DNA of 64,000 nucleotides from Escherichia coli (GTDB lineage Bacteria; Pseudomonadota; Gammaproteobacteria; Enterobacterales; Enterobacteriaceae): NCBI RefSeq assembly GCF_003790525.1, contig NZ_CP033636.1; one strand, 5' to 3'. Shown piece by piece: positions 29,401 to 38,550 of this stretch (position 1 is its first letter; each line of letters starts with the position of its first letter). The notes under the pieces were generated by a model. It saw only the letters and a program-made list of their open reading frames with translations, ran no database searches and was not told where the DNA came from. The position numbers and the translations under genes were made by a program.

Positions 29401-30799
29401 CTAAATCGTCTCCAACCGGCAGGTAGTAAATACCTCTATAATTTGTAGGTGTTAACGAAACTACTTTGTTGTCTATTGTTACTGATTTTATGTCAGCAAC
29501 CCCAGCCTGCCCCTGGAAAGCTGCAACGATAATCTCGTTCAGGAAGTATACGGGTGCTCGTTTAGTTAATACCTGCCCATCTTTGAGAACCATAAGCGTT
29601 GGGTTATCAGACAGCATCAGTTTGCTTTCAGGCTCAGTGTACGTAGAAGAGTTTTTGCTCGTATTTTCTACTGTAAAAGTCGCTGCGTAGGACCCGTTTA
29701 TAAGATCCGTTAAGTCGAAGATATAGAGGTACTCATCACCGACTTTTTGAGGTCCACTTACCGGCTGTAAAGTTCTACGTAAAGGGGTTGCCCAGGACTG
29801 TTTGAAATCAATCTCAGTGCCATCATCTAAAGTCACTTTAGTCGTCGGTTTAAACACGCCATCCGGAGTCATAGTGAGCGACATAGCTGTTGGGAGCCAC
29901 CATTCACCTTCTGTTTCTTGCTGGGGTACCTTAACGGCCACAGCAACGGTTTTGGCTCCGGTATAGATGTCCTGGCCACCTACTTTGATTGTTTTAGCCT
30001 CATCGGTAAAATTCCAAAGTGTATGGTCTACTACAGGAGGCCGATAATCCCAGTTAACAACAAGCTTTTTGGATTCAGGAGGTGCGAAATAATTATTCTT
30101 AGAGTTTGCTGTAATTGTGATATCACGTGAACCCAAAAGTTCATCTGTATCACTGGCCTTAATGCTTCCAACTTCAATGGTACAGGAAGTTCCGCCAATA
30201 GGAACTTCACAGGCGGAGCCTGAACCTATTGAGATGTATTGAATATAATTGCGGGGCTCAACAGAAACAGCGATATCTTTGATCGCTTCATCCTTTAAAT
30301 ACGATTTGAAAGAAAAGCCGTCATAGACTAATCCGTTCAGGGATGATTTAAGACCGGTGATAGTAGGTTTTACCGGTGCCACACTTTTGATTGAATATTC
30401 ACCTTTTACTATTTCAACTTTTTTCCGTTCAGAACCAGAGAAGTAAGAAATCTTGTAAGGTAGTTTTAAATCACCGGTGGTGTTGGGAACGCCTGAAAGA
30501 GTGAAACCGTTAGAAGTAAATCCCAAGGTATTGGGTAACCACTCAAAAAAACAAACGAGGTTATCAACAGAGGAAGTCGCTCGATCATCAACCGTTACAT
30601 TACAGGCTGTGCCTGCACCTGAGGCAGTGATAGTGTTAGAATTAACGTATGCAACAAAGTCGCCCGGCCCCGGGTCAAAGGATACGGCTGGCAAATCAGC
30701 CTGTAGCTTTCCTGAAATCATAATCGCTTCGGCGTAGACCGCTTTAATCGGAGCAATTAAAGAAAACAACAGGGCTAAACCTAAACCTGATTTTCTCAT
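26495..30799 (-). CDS. giant secreted protein (1434 aa), probably composed of repeated beta-rich (Ig-like) domains; RSP-like
   Basis: ORF track; cleavable signal peptide (LLFSLIAPIKAVYA-EA); very T/S/V/N/K-rich, repetitive beta-strand-like composition; embedded in the transfer region as recalled for the IncHI RSP bacterial Ig-like protein. Confidence 0.55.
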   Translation of the reverse strand: MRKSGLGLALLFSLIAPIKAVYAEAIMISGKLQADLPAVSFDPGPGDFVAYVNSNTITASGAGTACNVTVDDRATSSVDNLVCFFEWLPNTLGFTSNGFTLSGVPNTTGDLKLPYKISYFSGSERKKVEIVKGEYSIKSVAPVKPTITGLKSSLNGLVYDGFSFKSYLKDEAIKDIAVSVEPRNYIQYISIGSGSACEVPIGGTSCTIEVGSIKASDTDELLGSRDITITANSKNNYFAPPESKKLVVNWDYRPPVVDHTLWNFTDEAKTIKVGGQDIYTGAKTVAVAVKVPQQETEGEWWLPTAMSLTMTPDGVFKPTTKVTLDDGTEIDFKQSWATPLRRTLQPVSGPQKVGDEYLYIFDLTDLINGSYAATFTVENTSKNSSTYTEPESKLMLSDNPTLMVLKDGQVLTKRAPVYFLNEIIVAAFQGQAGVADIKSVTIDNKVVSLTPTNYRGIYYLPVGDDLAVNSDHEITVVAENLYGKNVNFSTVFTYQPTGFTLKNLEKNVTLYSRVRQYTDLLSQTAGDKCTLFTTEENANAYLAWYGEKSDVTACYPQWNNVPDGLEFYFKGRTPGLTGFFNKTGENLLDYQVYMINGKGSKAVSARNRRTLTTQLPYNPIISYKKNKVIAGINPNTALAYTTGGEAARILAKVVPADVTMIVSQNGSEAVKTSFKNRSSNNDATTFVQRVKVAAAPLWTKNVFDIAVEYSKDPELRTTDTLNVYTVPDFNIRASMEVDDRKTATSLEVPLKVTVGRYNNSTRKSAFDRKTMGEWDVTIYSQKSVYGKDPETGRYKTTYERTALTEALPVNDAGIVETKIKIENMDLGNMRLVGVAKVRSPFSDFEMKRETSAVGIRIYKGEELEGNLSKSLIIGRIPLSTLVSFKSASTANSDALAPTEWQQSSDNGQTWNMLSDMTGKRSVSIKKTEVGKWLYRAKMTNKFTSKVSYTDALTVVTYKQPKLSIDVTDILQGSDVPVTLLDNDEPIPAGTAEVLWSEDKVNWVQGDTTYTVASADTLPSTIYARMRYLDSDELAEESSWKETSARLAAAKPKRLSVSVTGVSKVEVGQKVTLEGKFTNPNSKYQNGNNVVEEWKTPDGQTFKGSTLSVTLTEQMLDKQGYAAFEYSAWLADNKVNTVSTRRVSVKSWVYKFPEMKISSKLKYDMAPTTLRVALSGIKDGDYPGVTYSREWIYDKENLVITKDEGDTKEFTIENPGKYTLMVVFKDNRNNEQRIENTFVVDEQTPMNVEMTPKFSNKYMRAPLDVTLRSNIKLSHSADSIDTVTYKVNGEVIPSGKNYWAQLISGLKEKKYEITIDVVSKLGQRGSASVEFDVVKNAVPNCTLSYTETNLSWSFTNKCDDTDGKMVRYEWFINGELRNVFGSTATLSKNLNRGKQDIKVIAYDDSGDFATQHVTVFGPAEEASKSENTVSIPSSE

Positions 30800-30918
30800 G
30801 ACGAATACCTGTTTTTCTGAGCAAAATTAAACTCACTTTACGATGAAAAACAGAAATATCCGTTCGTATAACATTTAAAAAAACCTGTATTTTTCCATGT
30901 ATTCCGTATGTTAATACG

Positions 30919-31473
30919 CTATTTTGAATTCTTGGCTTCAGATAAGCGAAGCGCGGTAATTATAGACTCGGAGCTTACCCAAGGCGTTTTTTGAGCAAGA
31001 TATCCAAGTATGTAGAGGCCAATTTTAACGCAGTCCATTTGTGAGACGGGGACCATGTGCATGAAGGGTTTTAAGCCGTCTTTATCGACTGGAACTATCC
31101 CTGCTGATAACAACAAACCGCCCCTCTCGTTTGGGGTAACGCTTATATTTTTGTATACGACGTGGCCATGATGTGAGGTTTTCCTCTTATCAATTTTTAA
31201 AGTATGCATGATTCTAAGAAATACAGATGCCATCTGCATAACTTCATTCGTCGACAATTTTAGAAGTACAGAACGGTTTGAGCCCCAGTCATAATCTTTT
31301 TTGGCGTTCCTCGGAGCGACGTGCAATGTAAGATAATAATTATCAATCTCATTTGAAAAAGGTGAAGGTTTTGATGAGCTAACATCTTCATTGTTCATCT
31401 CAATGACAAGTGCTGCATCCTGACCAAAAGCTTTTACATTATGGTTTTTAAGAGAGAAGTCTGAAGTTGCCAT
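30919..31473 (-). CDS. hypothetical protein
   Basis: ORF track 30919-31500; start moved to the second Met to avoid a 19-nt overlap with the upstream gene. Confidence 0.4.
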   Translation of the reverse strand: MATSDFSLKNHNVKAFGQDAALVIEMNNEDVSSSKPSPFSNEIDNYYLTLHVAPRNAKKDYDWGSNRSVLLKLSTNEVMQMASVFLRIMHTLKIDKRKTSHHGHVVYKNISVTPNERGGLLLSAGIVPVDKDGLKPFMHMVPVSQMDCVKIGLYILGYLAQKTPWVSSESIITALRLSEAKNSK

Positions 31474-31481
31474 ATAAAAAG

Positions 31482-31907
31482 TCACTTTTGATAAAACCAC
31501 ATACCACCTAATGATTCATCATCGGCAAGATGCTTGAAATTTGAGAGTGTATATCCTGTTTTGGTTTCAGAAATCACCATGCTGTAAGATGCCGTATGTA
31601 CAAGGCGAGAATTGTTTAGATCAAGATCATCACAAAAACCAGGGCTTTTGACGGGGTCAGCCTTTTCAACAAAAGTTACTTTTGAAGCGATGCCGTTGAT
31701 CACGATTTTCTCGTTATCAGCAATTTTAATGTTTAAAGAAGGCGAGCTTTTATCACATGGCAGGAAGAGTGATGTCTTTTTAAATGTGTTTCCAGTGAAG
31801 TCCAAAAGGTCAGGTTTAACCGGAACATTGTTTAGGATTTTATAAACTCCAGCAAATGCACATATCACAACAAAACCAGATAAAACATATCTAATCTTAG
31901 ACTTCAT
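31482..31907 (-). CDS. hypothetical secreted protein
   Basis: ORF track 141 aa; N-terminal signal peptide (YVLSGFVVICAFAGVYK). Confidence 0.45.
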   Translation of the reverse strand: MKSKIRYVLSGFVVICAFAGVYKILNNVPVKPDLLDFTGNTFKKTSLFLPCDKSSPSLNIKIADNEKIVINGIASKVTFVEKADPVKSPGFCDDLDLNNSRLVHTASYSMVISETKTGYTLSNFKHLADDESLGGMWFYQK

Positions 31908-32376
31908 CCCCCAGTTCCTCTCCTAAAAGTTTTAACGCACTTACGCACATAAGCCTCAACTGATACAGTAAGTTATCAGCGGTTATTCCACCAACGAAGG
32001 TAACTGTACGTCGTATTGATGCTCCGCCAGGCTCGCACTGGATATGGCCGATACCAGAATCACGGAGGAAGTCATTTTCTGCACTTACAAGGTCTGACTC
32101 TACAGGTGGAATGATAACTTCAATGAGTATTGTATCAACTGGGGCCCACTCCCAATCGAACTTAAGAGAGGAAATTGGGGATATAGAAACAAGAAGCTCA
32201 TCAATATTAAAAATTACGGGTTTTATTCCCATAACCTCAGACTGAATGAAGTGGCTTTCTACCATAACTACCGGAAACTCTGAAATAGTCAGAACTCCGA
32301 TTAACTGGTCTCGGCGTAAACCATGTATTAGTGAGTTGCGAGATAGCATTCGATCAGCCTTTATTATAATAATCAA
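31897..32376 (-). CDS. hypothetical protein
   Basis: ORF track 159 aa; no motif. Confidence 0.4.
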   Translation of the reverse strand: MIIIIKADRMLSRNSLIHGLRRDQLIGVLTISEFPVVMVESHFIQSEVMGIKPVIFNIDELLVSISPISSLKFDWEWAPVDTILIEVIIPPVESDLVSAENDFLRDSGIGHIQCEPGGASIRRTVTFVGGITADNLLYQLRLMCVSALKLLGEELGDEV

Positions 32377-32674
32377 ACATTTGGGACAAGAACAAAAGGG
32401 ATTACAGAAACGAAGATTCTACATGAACATCGTTGTCAGTGACCTTAGGTCCATCGGGTATAAGGGTATCAAAAAATCCTTACATAACCATTAAAGCACA
32501 GAGACTTTATAAGTAAAATAATAATTAAGTACCAGATTTATTAAGATAATTCTTAGGTTTTTTACAAATTTAGGAAAAATCCGCACTTCCTGTAACAGCA
32601 CCCAAATTAACCTAAAATACCGTTTCATTAACAGTAATTTTACATACCCAGGTGAAGCCTGAAATTATTATAAC

Positions 32675-32701
32675 AAAAAAAAGGCCAGCAAGTATGCTGG
32701 C
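32675..32701 (-). terminator. intrinsic terminator after parR-like gene
   Basis: GGCCAGCA-AGTA-TGCTGGC hairpin with A8 on plus strand (U8 on minus transcript) about 50 nt downstream of the 32753 stop. Confidence 0.6.
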
Positions 32702-32752
32702 TTTCCTGGTAAGACAAGTTGGAACTCAGAAGTCGATTGTACTGTCTCTCAC

Positions 32753-33391
32753 CTATCTTGCCAAAGTTGCCAGTCGCTTGTTTGCCTTAGCTTTAGATTT
32801 TATGCTTATGGAGGCGGTTTGATTTTCATCCGATACTTTTTCTAGCACTGGCACCACAGCGGAAATGGACTTTTCTTTTGAAATTTTGGATGCATCTGAA
32901 GAAAGTGGGCTTTCAGATGGTATAGAGGTATCGCTTCCCTCATTTTCAATCTTCACACCAAAGCAGGCATGTTCCTTTTGTACAAGGAAGGTTTCTTTTA
33001 CAGAAACAGAATCCTGCTTTGAATTATCTAATTGTAGAGGTGTTAAATACTCCTTAAACTTTTGATCTAAGACATTCTCTAGCAATACATTAATAGGAGG
33101 CTTAGGTTCAGTATCTATAGTATTTCCATCATTCAGAAACCTATTAAGATCTGCAAGTGTTAATCTTTCGTTTAAACCATTTATAAAATTTGCCAAGTCA
33201 GGAAATAAATTATTCAATACCAACCCGGTACTAATAGCCGACCTAATTAAATCCAGTTGGTCACCCCTATGAGAAAGTTCTGTTTTTTTCAAGAAACTAT
33301 AAACATAGGGTGCTTTTCTTTCGGATATCCAGAAAGACCGGATCTGAATCCGGTCGTTATCTGCCTTATTTGAGATAGGGTTTTTAGCCAT
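32753..33391 (-). CDS. parR: putative ParR/StbB-like partition adaptor (partner of ParM)
   Basis: ORF track 212 aa; immediately downstream of the actin-like ATPase gene with 11-nt spacing; assignment by position only. Confidence 0.4.
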   Translation of the reverse strand: MAKNPISNKADNDRIQIRSFWISERKAPYVYSFLKKTELSHRGDQLDLIRSAISTGLVLNNLFPDLANFINGLNERLTLADLNRFLNDGNTIDTEPKPPINVLLENVLDQKFKEYLTPLQLDNSKQDSVSVKETFLVQKEHACFGVKIENEGSDTSIPSESPLSSDASKISKEKSISAVVPVLEKVSDENQTASISIKSKAKANKRLATLAR

Positions 33392-33402
33392 GTTCTAGCT
33401 CA

Positions 33403-34440
33403 TTATTCTGAATAAATAGTATCAGCAATTGCCAAAGATAATGCGAACTGCGGATTGTCTACCATGATAACTTTAGCCGTTTCAAAATGTTTACGAATAG
33501 CTGTTTCGATGAGATATGAACCTCCCCCAACAAGGAAAACATTATGAGGCCTCTCTTCGACTTGTGTAACCGCTCTGATTACTTTACTTTGCAACTTCTG
33601 TACCGCAGAGTTTACCGCATCAAAAACACCGTCACGCTTGTCCTCTGCAACCTTCAAAGCTGATTTATCATGACGATTATCAACAAGATGATGAATGTAA
33701 GCATTACTCGTATTCAGTTTCTCAGATTCAAGATACCTGCTGATCTCATCGTAAACAATAGAACAACCAATACGGTCAAAACCTTTTACTTTCGAAATCT
33801 GTTCTAATTGCCCAGTAATACTTGCAACATCAAGAGTAGTACCACCAAGATCAATTACCAAACTTGATTCAAATGAAGCAATATCCTCAATTTCATCTGC
33901 CCGGGTCACAGCTGGTAAAGATTCAGGGAAAACAGTCACAGACAAAACGTTGAAAGAATAGCGTTTACCGTCAAGATAACGCTCAACTGGTTTCATCAGG
34001 TTATCTTTTTTTCTCTGAATATTTTCAATATTCGTTTCCCCTAAAGCAGTATAGAACTGGCTAAGAGGTAAAGTAACAAAGAGGTGAACATCCTGAGGAA
34101 CTAAACCAGAAGCATGAAGTGCATGGTGAACATTTAACCGGCTAATTTCATCGTATTGGTGAGATACATCAGTCGATTCCAGTGAGTTACTAGATTCGCT
34201 GTGATGCGAAAACCTTTCCAGCCCATCAATAAGATAGTTAAAAGGATTGAGACCCTCATGGCGAACACGGAAATCTGGAACAAAACTATTTTGTGTGAGC
34301 AAGGGAACTAATTCGTTTCTTTCATTAAGACAAACCAGTTTTGCAGCTTTACTTCCATCATCGACAACGATTTTTAAAGCTTCAGTGATATCCTGCAATG
34401 ATTGTGAAACAGGACTTTCAGATTTTAATAGTTCAGCCAT
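33403..34440 (-). CDS. parM: ParM/StbA-family actin-like segregation ATPase
   Basis: ORF track 345 aa; actin-fold phosphate motifs VIDLGGTTLDVA and FLVGGGS. Confidence 0.75.
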   Translation of the reverse strand: MAELLKSESPVSQSLQDITEALKIVVDDGSKAAKLVCLNERNELVPLLTQNSFVPDFRVRHEGLNPFNYLIDGLERFSHHSESSNSLESTDVSHQYDEISRLNVHHALHASGLVPQDVHLFVTLPLSQFYTALGETNIENIQRKKDNLMKPVERYLDGKRYSFNVLSVTVFPESLPAVTRADEIEDIASFESSLVIDLGGTTLDVASITGQLEQISKVKGFDRIGCSIVYDEISRYLESEKLNTSNAYIHHLVDNRHDKSALKVAEDKRDGVFDAVNSAVQKLQSKVIRAVTQVEERPHNVFLVGGGSYLIETAIRKHFETAKVIMVDNPQFALSLAIADTIYSE

Positions 34441-34803
34441 AAAAACTCTCTTTTATTAATAGGACCATATTAGATATTAACTTTATACATTAATGGTGAC
34501 CTATTATCAACATCAACACTATTAAAAAAATACGTAACTCTATGTTATTTCAGCATCCTTCCATTTTAAATACATTACCGTTAAATATCCTGTATTCATG
34601 AAGTAAACATGTTTATAAAGGAGCCAATTATAATCAGAAAGTTACTTTGCATCCTAAGTATGAACTGTTTGAGAGCCAGGACTGGAGCCTTTACCAGTAA
34701 GTAACAAAGGTCCTTAGGCTTAGAATCCAAAATGACGCCTTTATGTAAAAAAATCATAGCTCGAAATACCGTATCATCGATGTAAACATACGTAGAGGAA
34801 TTT

Positions 34804-35751
34804 ATGGCAGCTGAGCACGTCCAAACTATAGACCTTACAAACTTCTCGGGAAGGATTTTCTTTCTGGCAGATCCTCATGGACATTACTCTGCGCTGTGCA
34901 ACTTGATTCAATCAGTTACAAAGCCAGAAGAAGAGATAGTAATTTTCTCTACTGGAAATTTGTTTGACTATGGGCCGGAACCCATAGAGTTGATGAAGGC
35001 GATAAACAGTGGCTTTTTCGATGGACGTTTTGTGAGGCATTTCTCAGCTGCCGGAGCCGGAGAAGAAATGTTAAAAAAATTGTTACCATTAAACAAAGAC
35101 CGGAGAACATTTTACCCCAGCACATACCTCAATGAGAGATGGTGTGTAATGGGCGGAAAGTGGCATAAAGCTGTAAATCGTTACTATTTAGAGGAAGAGG
35201 TAAAAAAACTTCTTAATACCCAGCTTGGTACGATGATGCAGATTTTACTCAAAGGCGATATAAAAATTGGGGTTTGCCCTTCTGATTACGCCCCTATCCG
35301 CACATCATTCACTGATACTTATAATGCGCTTCAAGCATTCAACTATGCCAATGTGAATATTTTTCAGAGCCAGTTTCTATTCGGTATGGACCATGCCGTA
35401 ATACCAATGATGATAAATGACGTCAACCTTATGGTCCTAGGTAGGAATCCTGTAAACAGCATTCGAAAAGCCCATGGTCGTACTCAAAACAATCTTCCAG
35501 TACTGATCGGTAATTGTTTACATATAAATACTGGATCACTCTATATGTCAAAATTAGAAGACCAGGTAATAGTTGCTCCGGGTATACCGCCAACTGACTC
35601 ACCAGCACTTACATTAGTAGAAATAATCATGAAGAACAATCCAGTTTTATTGTGTCATCAGCTAATACAAACAACAAACAAGTTTTATTCACTTAAAACC
35701 TATCCGTTAGAACTCGATTCGATTGAAAACAACATTGAGGTAACAAGATGA
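34804..35751 (+). CDS. calcineurin-like metallophosphoesterase-like protein with divergent active-site motifs
   Basis: ORF track 315 aa; motif I LADPHGHY (DxH), motif II GNLFDYG in place of GDxxDRG, and no clear GNHE motif III. Confidence 0.5.
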   Translation: MAAEHVQTIDLTNFSGRIFFLADPHGHYSALCNLIQSVTKPEEEIVIFSTGNLFDYGPEPIELMKAINSGFFDGRFVRHFSAAGAGEEMLKKLLPLNKDRRTFYPSTYLNERWCVMGGKWHKAVNRYYLEEEVKKLLNTQLGTMMQILLKGDIKIGVCPSDYAPIRTSFTDTYNALQAFNYANVNIFQSQFLFGMDHAVIPMMINDVNLMVLGRNPVNSIRKAHGRTQNNLPVLIGNCLHINTGSLYMSKLEDQVIVAPGIPPTDSPALTLVEIIMKNNPVLLCHQLIQTTNKFYSLKTYPLELDSIENNIEVTR

Positions 35752-36584
35752 AGATAAAATGGAAGATTATCTCAATTTCAACATTACTTTTGCATCTTCA
35801 CGCAGCAGCTGCACCACATCAAGAGAAAGAGCAAAGAAAAGATGCTTTTTCTTCTGCCGCTCAGAAAAGTGATTCACTTATATCTGCTAAAGCGGAGCTT
35901 ATAAACGGAAGGTGGTTTATAAATGGTAAATATAGGCCTGTTCTAAAGACCAGCATGACCAAAACCAATTTCTTAGAAATCATGAATGTTTCAAATAAAG
36001 AATCACTTTTTATGGTGATACCGAAACTTGAGTATAATATCATTGCCAAAAATAAAATCTTACTAAATGAAAAAATTGCATTAAGCGAAGGCACATCCGG
36101 AAAAAGCATTATTTGGGTCGAGCCTAAATCAAGTATAACTATATCGTTTATAAATGACCTTGCTAATACGCCCCTTCAGGCTATCGTTTCGATCACAAGA
36201 AACAACAAAGATGTAATTGCCATCTTTGGACCGGATCAGGGTAAAGGGTTTACTCTTCCCGGAAAGACATCTAATGATCAAGTGTCCGTTCCTGACGATT
36301 CTGATCTAAATATAAAAAAACTTAACATACCTCAAAGTGTTGGTAATTCAGTAACCATCAATCCTAAAGAGAAGAATTACCTCTTAGTTGGACAAGTAAA
36401 ATATAAAATCTTATCTCTTCCGAAATATCAACATTTAGAATTTTCTGAACCGGTTTATATTGAGAAAAGAAAAGATATCCTCGGTGGTTATCGTTATTGG
36501 ACGAAAGAAACAATTCTCTACCCCGGTGAATCATTATCTTTTATAACCAGCGCCAAAAACAATCTAAGGAAGCGGGATGATTAA
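35748..36584 (+). CDS. hypothetical secreted protein
   Basis: ORF track 278 aa; signal peptide (ISISTLLLHLHAAAA); start overlaps upstream stop (translational coupling). Confidence 0.5.
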   Translation: MKIKWKIISISTLLLHLHAAAAPHQEKEQRKDAFSSAAQKSDSLISAKAELINGRWFINGKYRPVLKTSMTKTNFLEIMNVSNKESLFMVIPKLEYNIIAKNKILLNEKIALSEGTSGKSIIWVEPKSSITISFINDLANTPLQAIVSITRNNKDVIAIFGPDQGKGFTLPGKTSNDQVSVPDDSDLNIKKLNIPQSVGNSVTINPKEKNYLLVGQVKYKILSLPKYQHLEFSEPVYIEKRKDILGGYRYWTKETILYPGESLSFITSAKNNLRKRDD

Positions 36585-37098
36585 AGTTATCACACTTTTA
36601 TTGTTTGCATTACTGACTGGTTGTCAGTCAGTAGAAAGTAAAATCGAAGAACTCCCGATAGTTGGTTTTGACCCTATTCTATACAATAAAAGTGAGGCCT
36701 TTACTGACGGAAAAGTTACTTTACGTGTCGAAAGTTCAGGAACTGATGTTTGGCTTGTCGCCAAGAATGGAACCAGAAGTTTTATTGAGCTTTCAGGCCT
36801 AACGCTAGGTGGTAGTCGTTGTGCTTACAATGCCCGTAGTAAGCAACTTTTGCCCCCAGGCAGCGTAAGCACATTCGTAGTTCCTACGGTTGGAATGCTT
36901 GGACTTTGCTTCAACAATGAAGATCAACTTATGTTTATTAACCGTGCTTTTAGCAGAATCTCTCCCAAAGCAAAAGGAAAAGATTCTCTTTCTCTTTTAT
37001 TTTCTGTTAGTTACGATTTTCCCGGAAAAGCGGACCTAATTAATAACCACGATTTTCAAGAGTTATATCTTTTATTTTTGAATGAGGATAATCTATGA
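36577..37098 (+). CDS. hypothetical lipoprotein
   Basis: ORF track 173 aa; lipobox LLTGCQ; overlaps upstream gene by 8 nt. Confidence 0.5.
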   Translation: MIKVITLLLFALLTGCQSVESKIEELPIVGFDPILYNKSEAFTDGKVTLRVESSGTDVWLVAKNGTRSFIELSGLTLGGSRCAYNARSKQLLPPGSVSTFVVPTVGMLGLCFNNEDQLMFINRAFSRISPKAKGKDSLSLLFSVSYDFPGKADLINNHDFQELYLLFLNEDNL

Positions 37099-37484
37099 AA
37101 AAAACATTAATTGTTATTTTATTATGTTTTTGTCACTCAGTTTTAGCATATCCATACCGTATCTATACTGTCCCGGAAGGGGCATTAGTAAAAAACATAC
37201 TAACTAATGAATATCTAGGAAAAACCCCTGTGGTTGTGGACGTGAGCAATACCGAAGCTGGTTCTACTTTTGGGATTTCTTTATTTAGACATGAAAATGT
37301 TGCTATAAAGATTTTTACAGTAATGCCTTCAGCAGAAAATAATTTTGCTGTTTCTGGACCTGACGTTGCAACTATGTCATTGCCGGGCAAAGCACCTTTA
37401 AACGTAGTAAATGATGGGAATGGCGCTTCTGTTCATATAGAACTAAGACCTTATATGTCTGAACCTGCGCACACCCCATATTAA
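37095..37484 (+). CDS. hypothetical secreted protein
   Basis: ORF track 129 aa; signal peptide (LIVILLCFCHSVLA); ATGA start/stop overlap with upstream gene. Confidence 0.5.
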   Translation: MKKTLIVILLCFCHSVLAYPYRIYTVPEGALVKNILTNEYLGKTPVVVDVSNTEAGSTFGISLFRHENVAIKIFTVMPSAENNFAVSGPDVATMSLPGKAPLNVVNDGNGASVHIELRPYMSEPAHTPY

Positions 37485-37515
37485 TATAACAAGAAATTAA
37501 AAATATAAATCATAT

Positions 37516-37540
37516 GAACTGCATCATAAAGATGCAGTTC
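37516..37540. terminator. bidirectional terminator hairpin between convergent operons
   Basis: Perfect GAACTGCATC-ATAAA-GATGCAGTTC inverted repeat between the plus-strand operon end (37484) and parB stop (37546). Confidence 0.5.
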
Positions 37541-37545
37541 AATAT

Positions 37546-38550
37546 TTATTCTGATACTTTTAATTTTTCTTTTATGAACTCCTCTAGCTCCTTAATAAAA
37601 CCCGCACTTATCCTATTGAATTCAATGCGAATTTTTCTTCCAGTATTGTTTTTACTGATTCTTGCATACTTATCTTTGTTATCAAAAGTAATAAGATCAC
37701 TTGTTTCCCATTTTGTGGAATAAGATTTTTCACAAACACTTTCCACAGATTGTGTGATTTTCTCCATTACAACTTTTTGGGCAACTTGGAGATCTCCAAT
37801 GTCTAAATCTTTTGTTTCCTCTTTAACATTATCTATTACTTCATCTAAAGGAAATAGATTTTTTTGCACATATTTCTGTAAACGAGACAAGCGACTATAA
37901 TAGGAGTTCGGTATTCCTTCATAATCCGGGAATAAAGAGATCAATGTTTCGTCAATACGTGCCGCCTGGATTCTTTTGGCTACCGATACATGACTAATCC
38001 CAAGATATGCTGCGAGTTCTTCATTAGTAGAAAATCCCTTTTCTTCCATTTTCTTGATAAATTGAAACCCAACTTCTCTATATGAAAATTTTCGAGATGT
38101 TTGTGCTGCGGATATAATTGAATTTATATCATCTTCGGTTAGTTCATCCGGTAGTACCCACAGGGGGAGATCCTTTTCTGCCTTTATACAGCAGAAACGT
38201 CTGCGACTTCCTTCTATTAATAAATAAACCCCATCTCTTTTTACAGCGATCCCTTCGGTATCGACCCCTCTTTCTTCAATCTGCTTAAGAATATCTCTAA
38301 CAGAATAATCTGTAAGGGCTTCTTGATTTCGTGGGTTTGCTGGATGGACTAAGGTCTCCTTCTCCACTCTCTGGGCTGGAACAATCACATGTTCCGCTTC
38401 AAGTCTTCGGCCCTTATGAAGAGTGAATAACTTTTTTATGCGAGGTGCTGTTTTCAAACCCGCAAGACCTGAACGGTGACCGACTTCTGTCCGCTTTGGT
38501 GCGTTTAAATATCGAGATTTATCATTCCCGATATGTTGCTCATCGCTCAT
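37546..38550 (-). CDS. parB: ParB/SopB-family partition protein
   Basis: ORF track 334 aa; ParB-box-like LIEGSRRRFC, HTH-like region, gene overlaps parA stop by 4 nt. Confidence 0.65.
   Translation of the reverse strand: MSDEQHIGNDKSRYLNAPKRTEVGHRSGLAGLKTAPRIKKLFTLHKGRRLEAEHVIVPAQRVEKETLVHPANPRNQEALTDYSVRDILKQIEERGVDTEGIAVKRDGVYLLIEGSRRRFCCIKAEKDLPLWVLPDELTEDDINSIISAAQTSRKFSYREVGFQFIKKMEEKGFSTNEELAAYLGISHVSVAKRIQAARIDETLISLFPDYEGIPNSYYSRLSRLQKYVQKNLFPLDEVIDNVKEETKDLDIGDLQVAQKVVMEKITQSVESVCEKSYSTKWETSDLITFDNKDKYARISKNNTGRKIRIEFNRISAGFIKELEEFIKEKLKVSE

Noticed and set aside
34441-34803. parC-type centromere upstream of parM
   Set aside because: Only weak, imperfect ATACATTA-like repeats could be found in this AT-rich divergent promoter region; insufficient to call.
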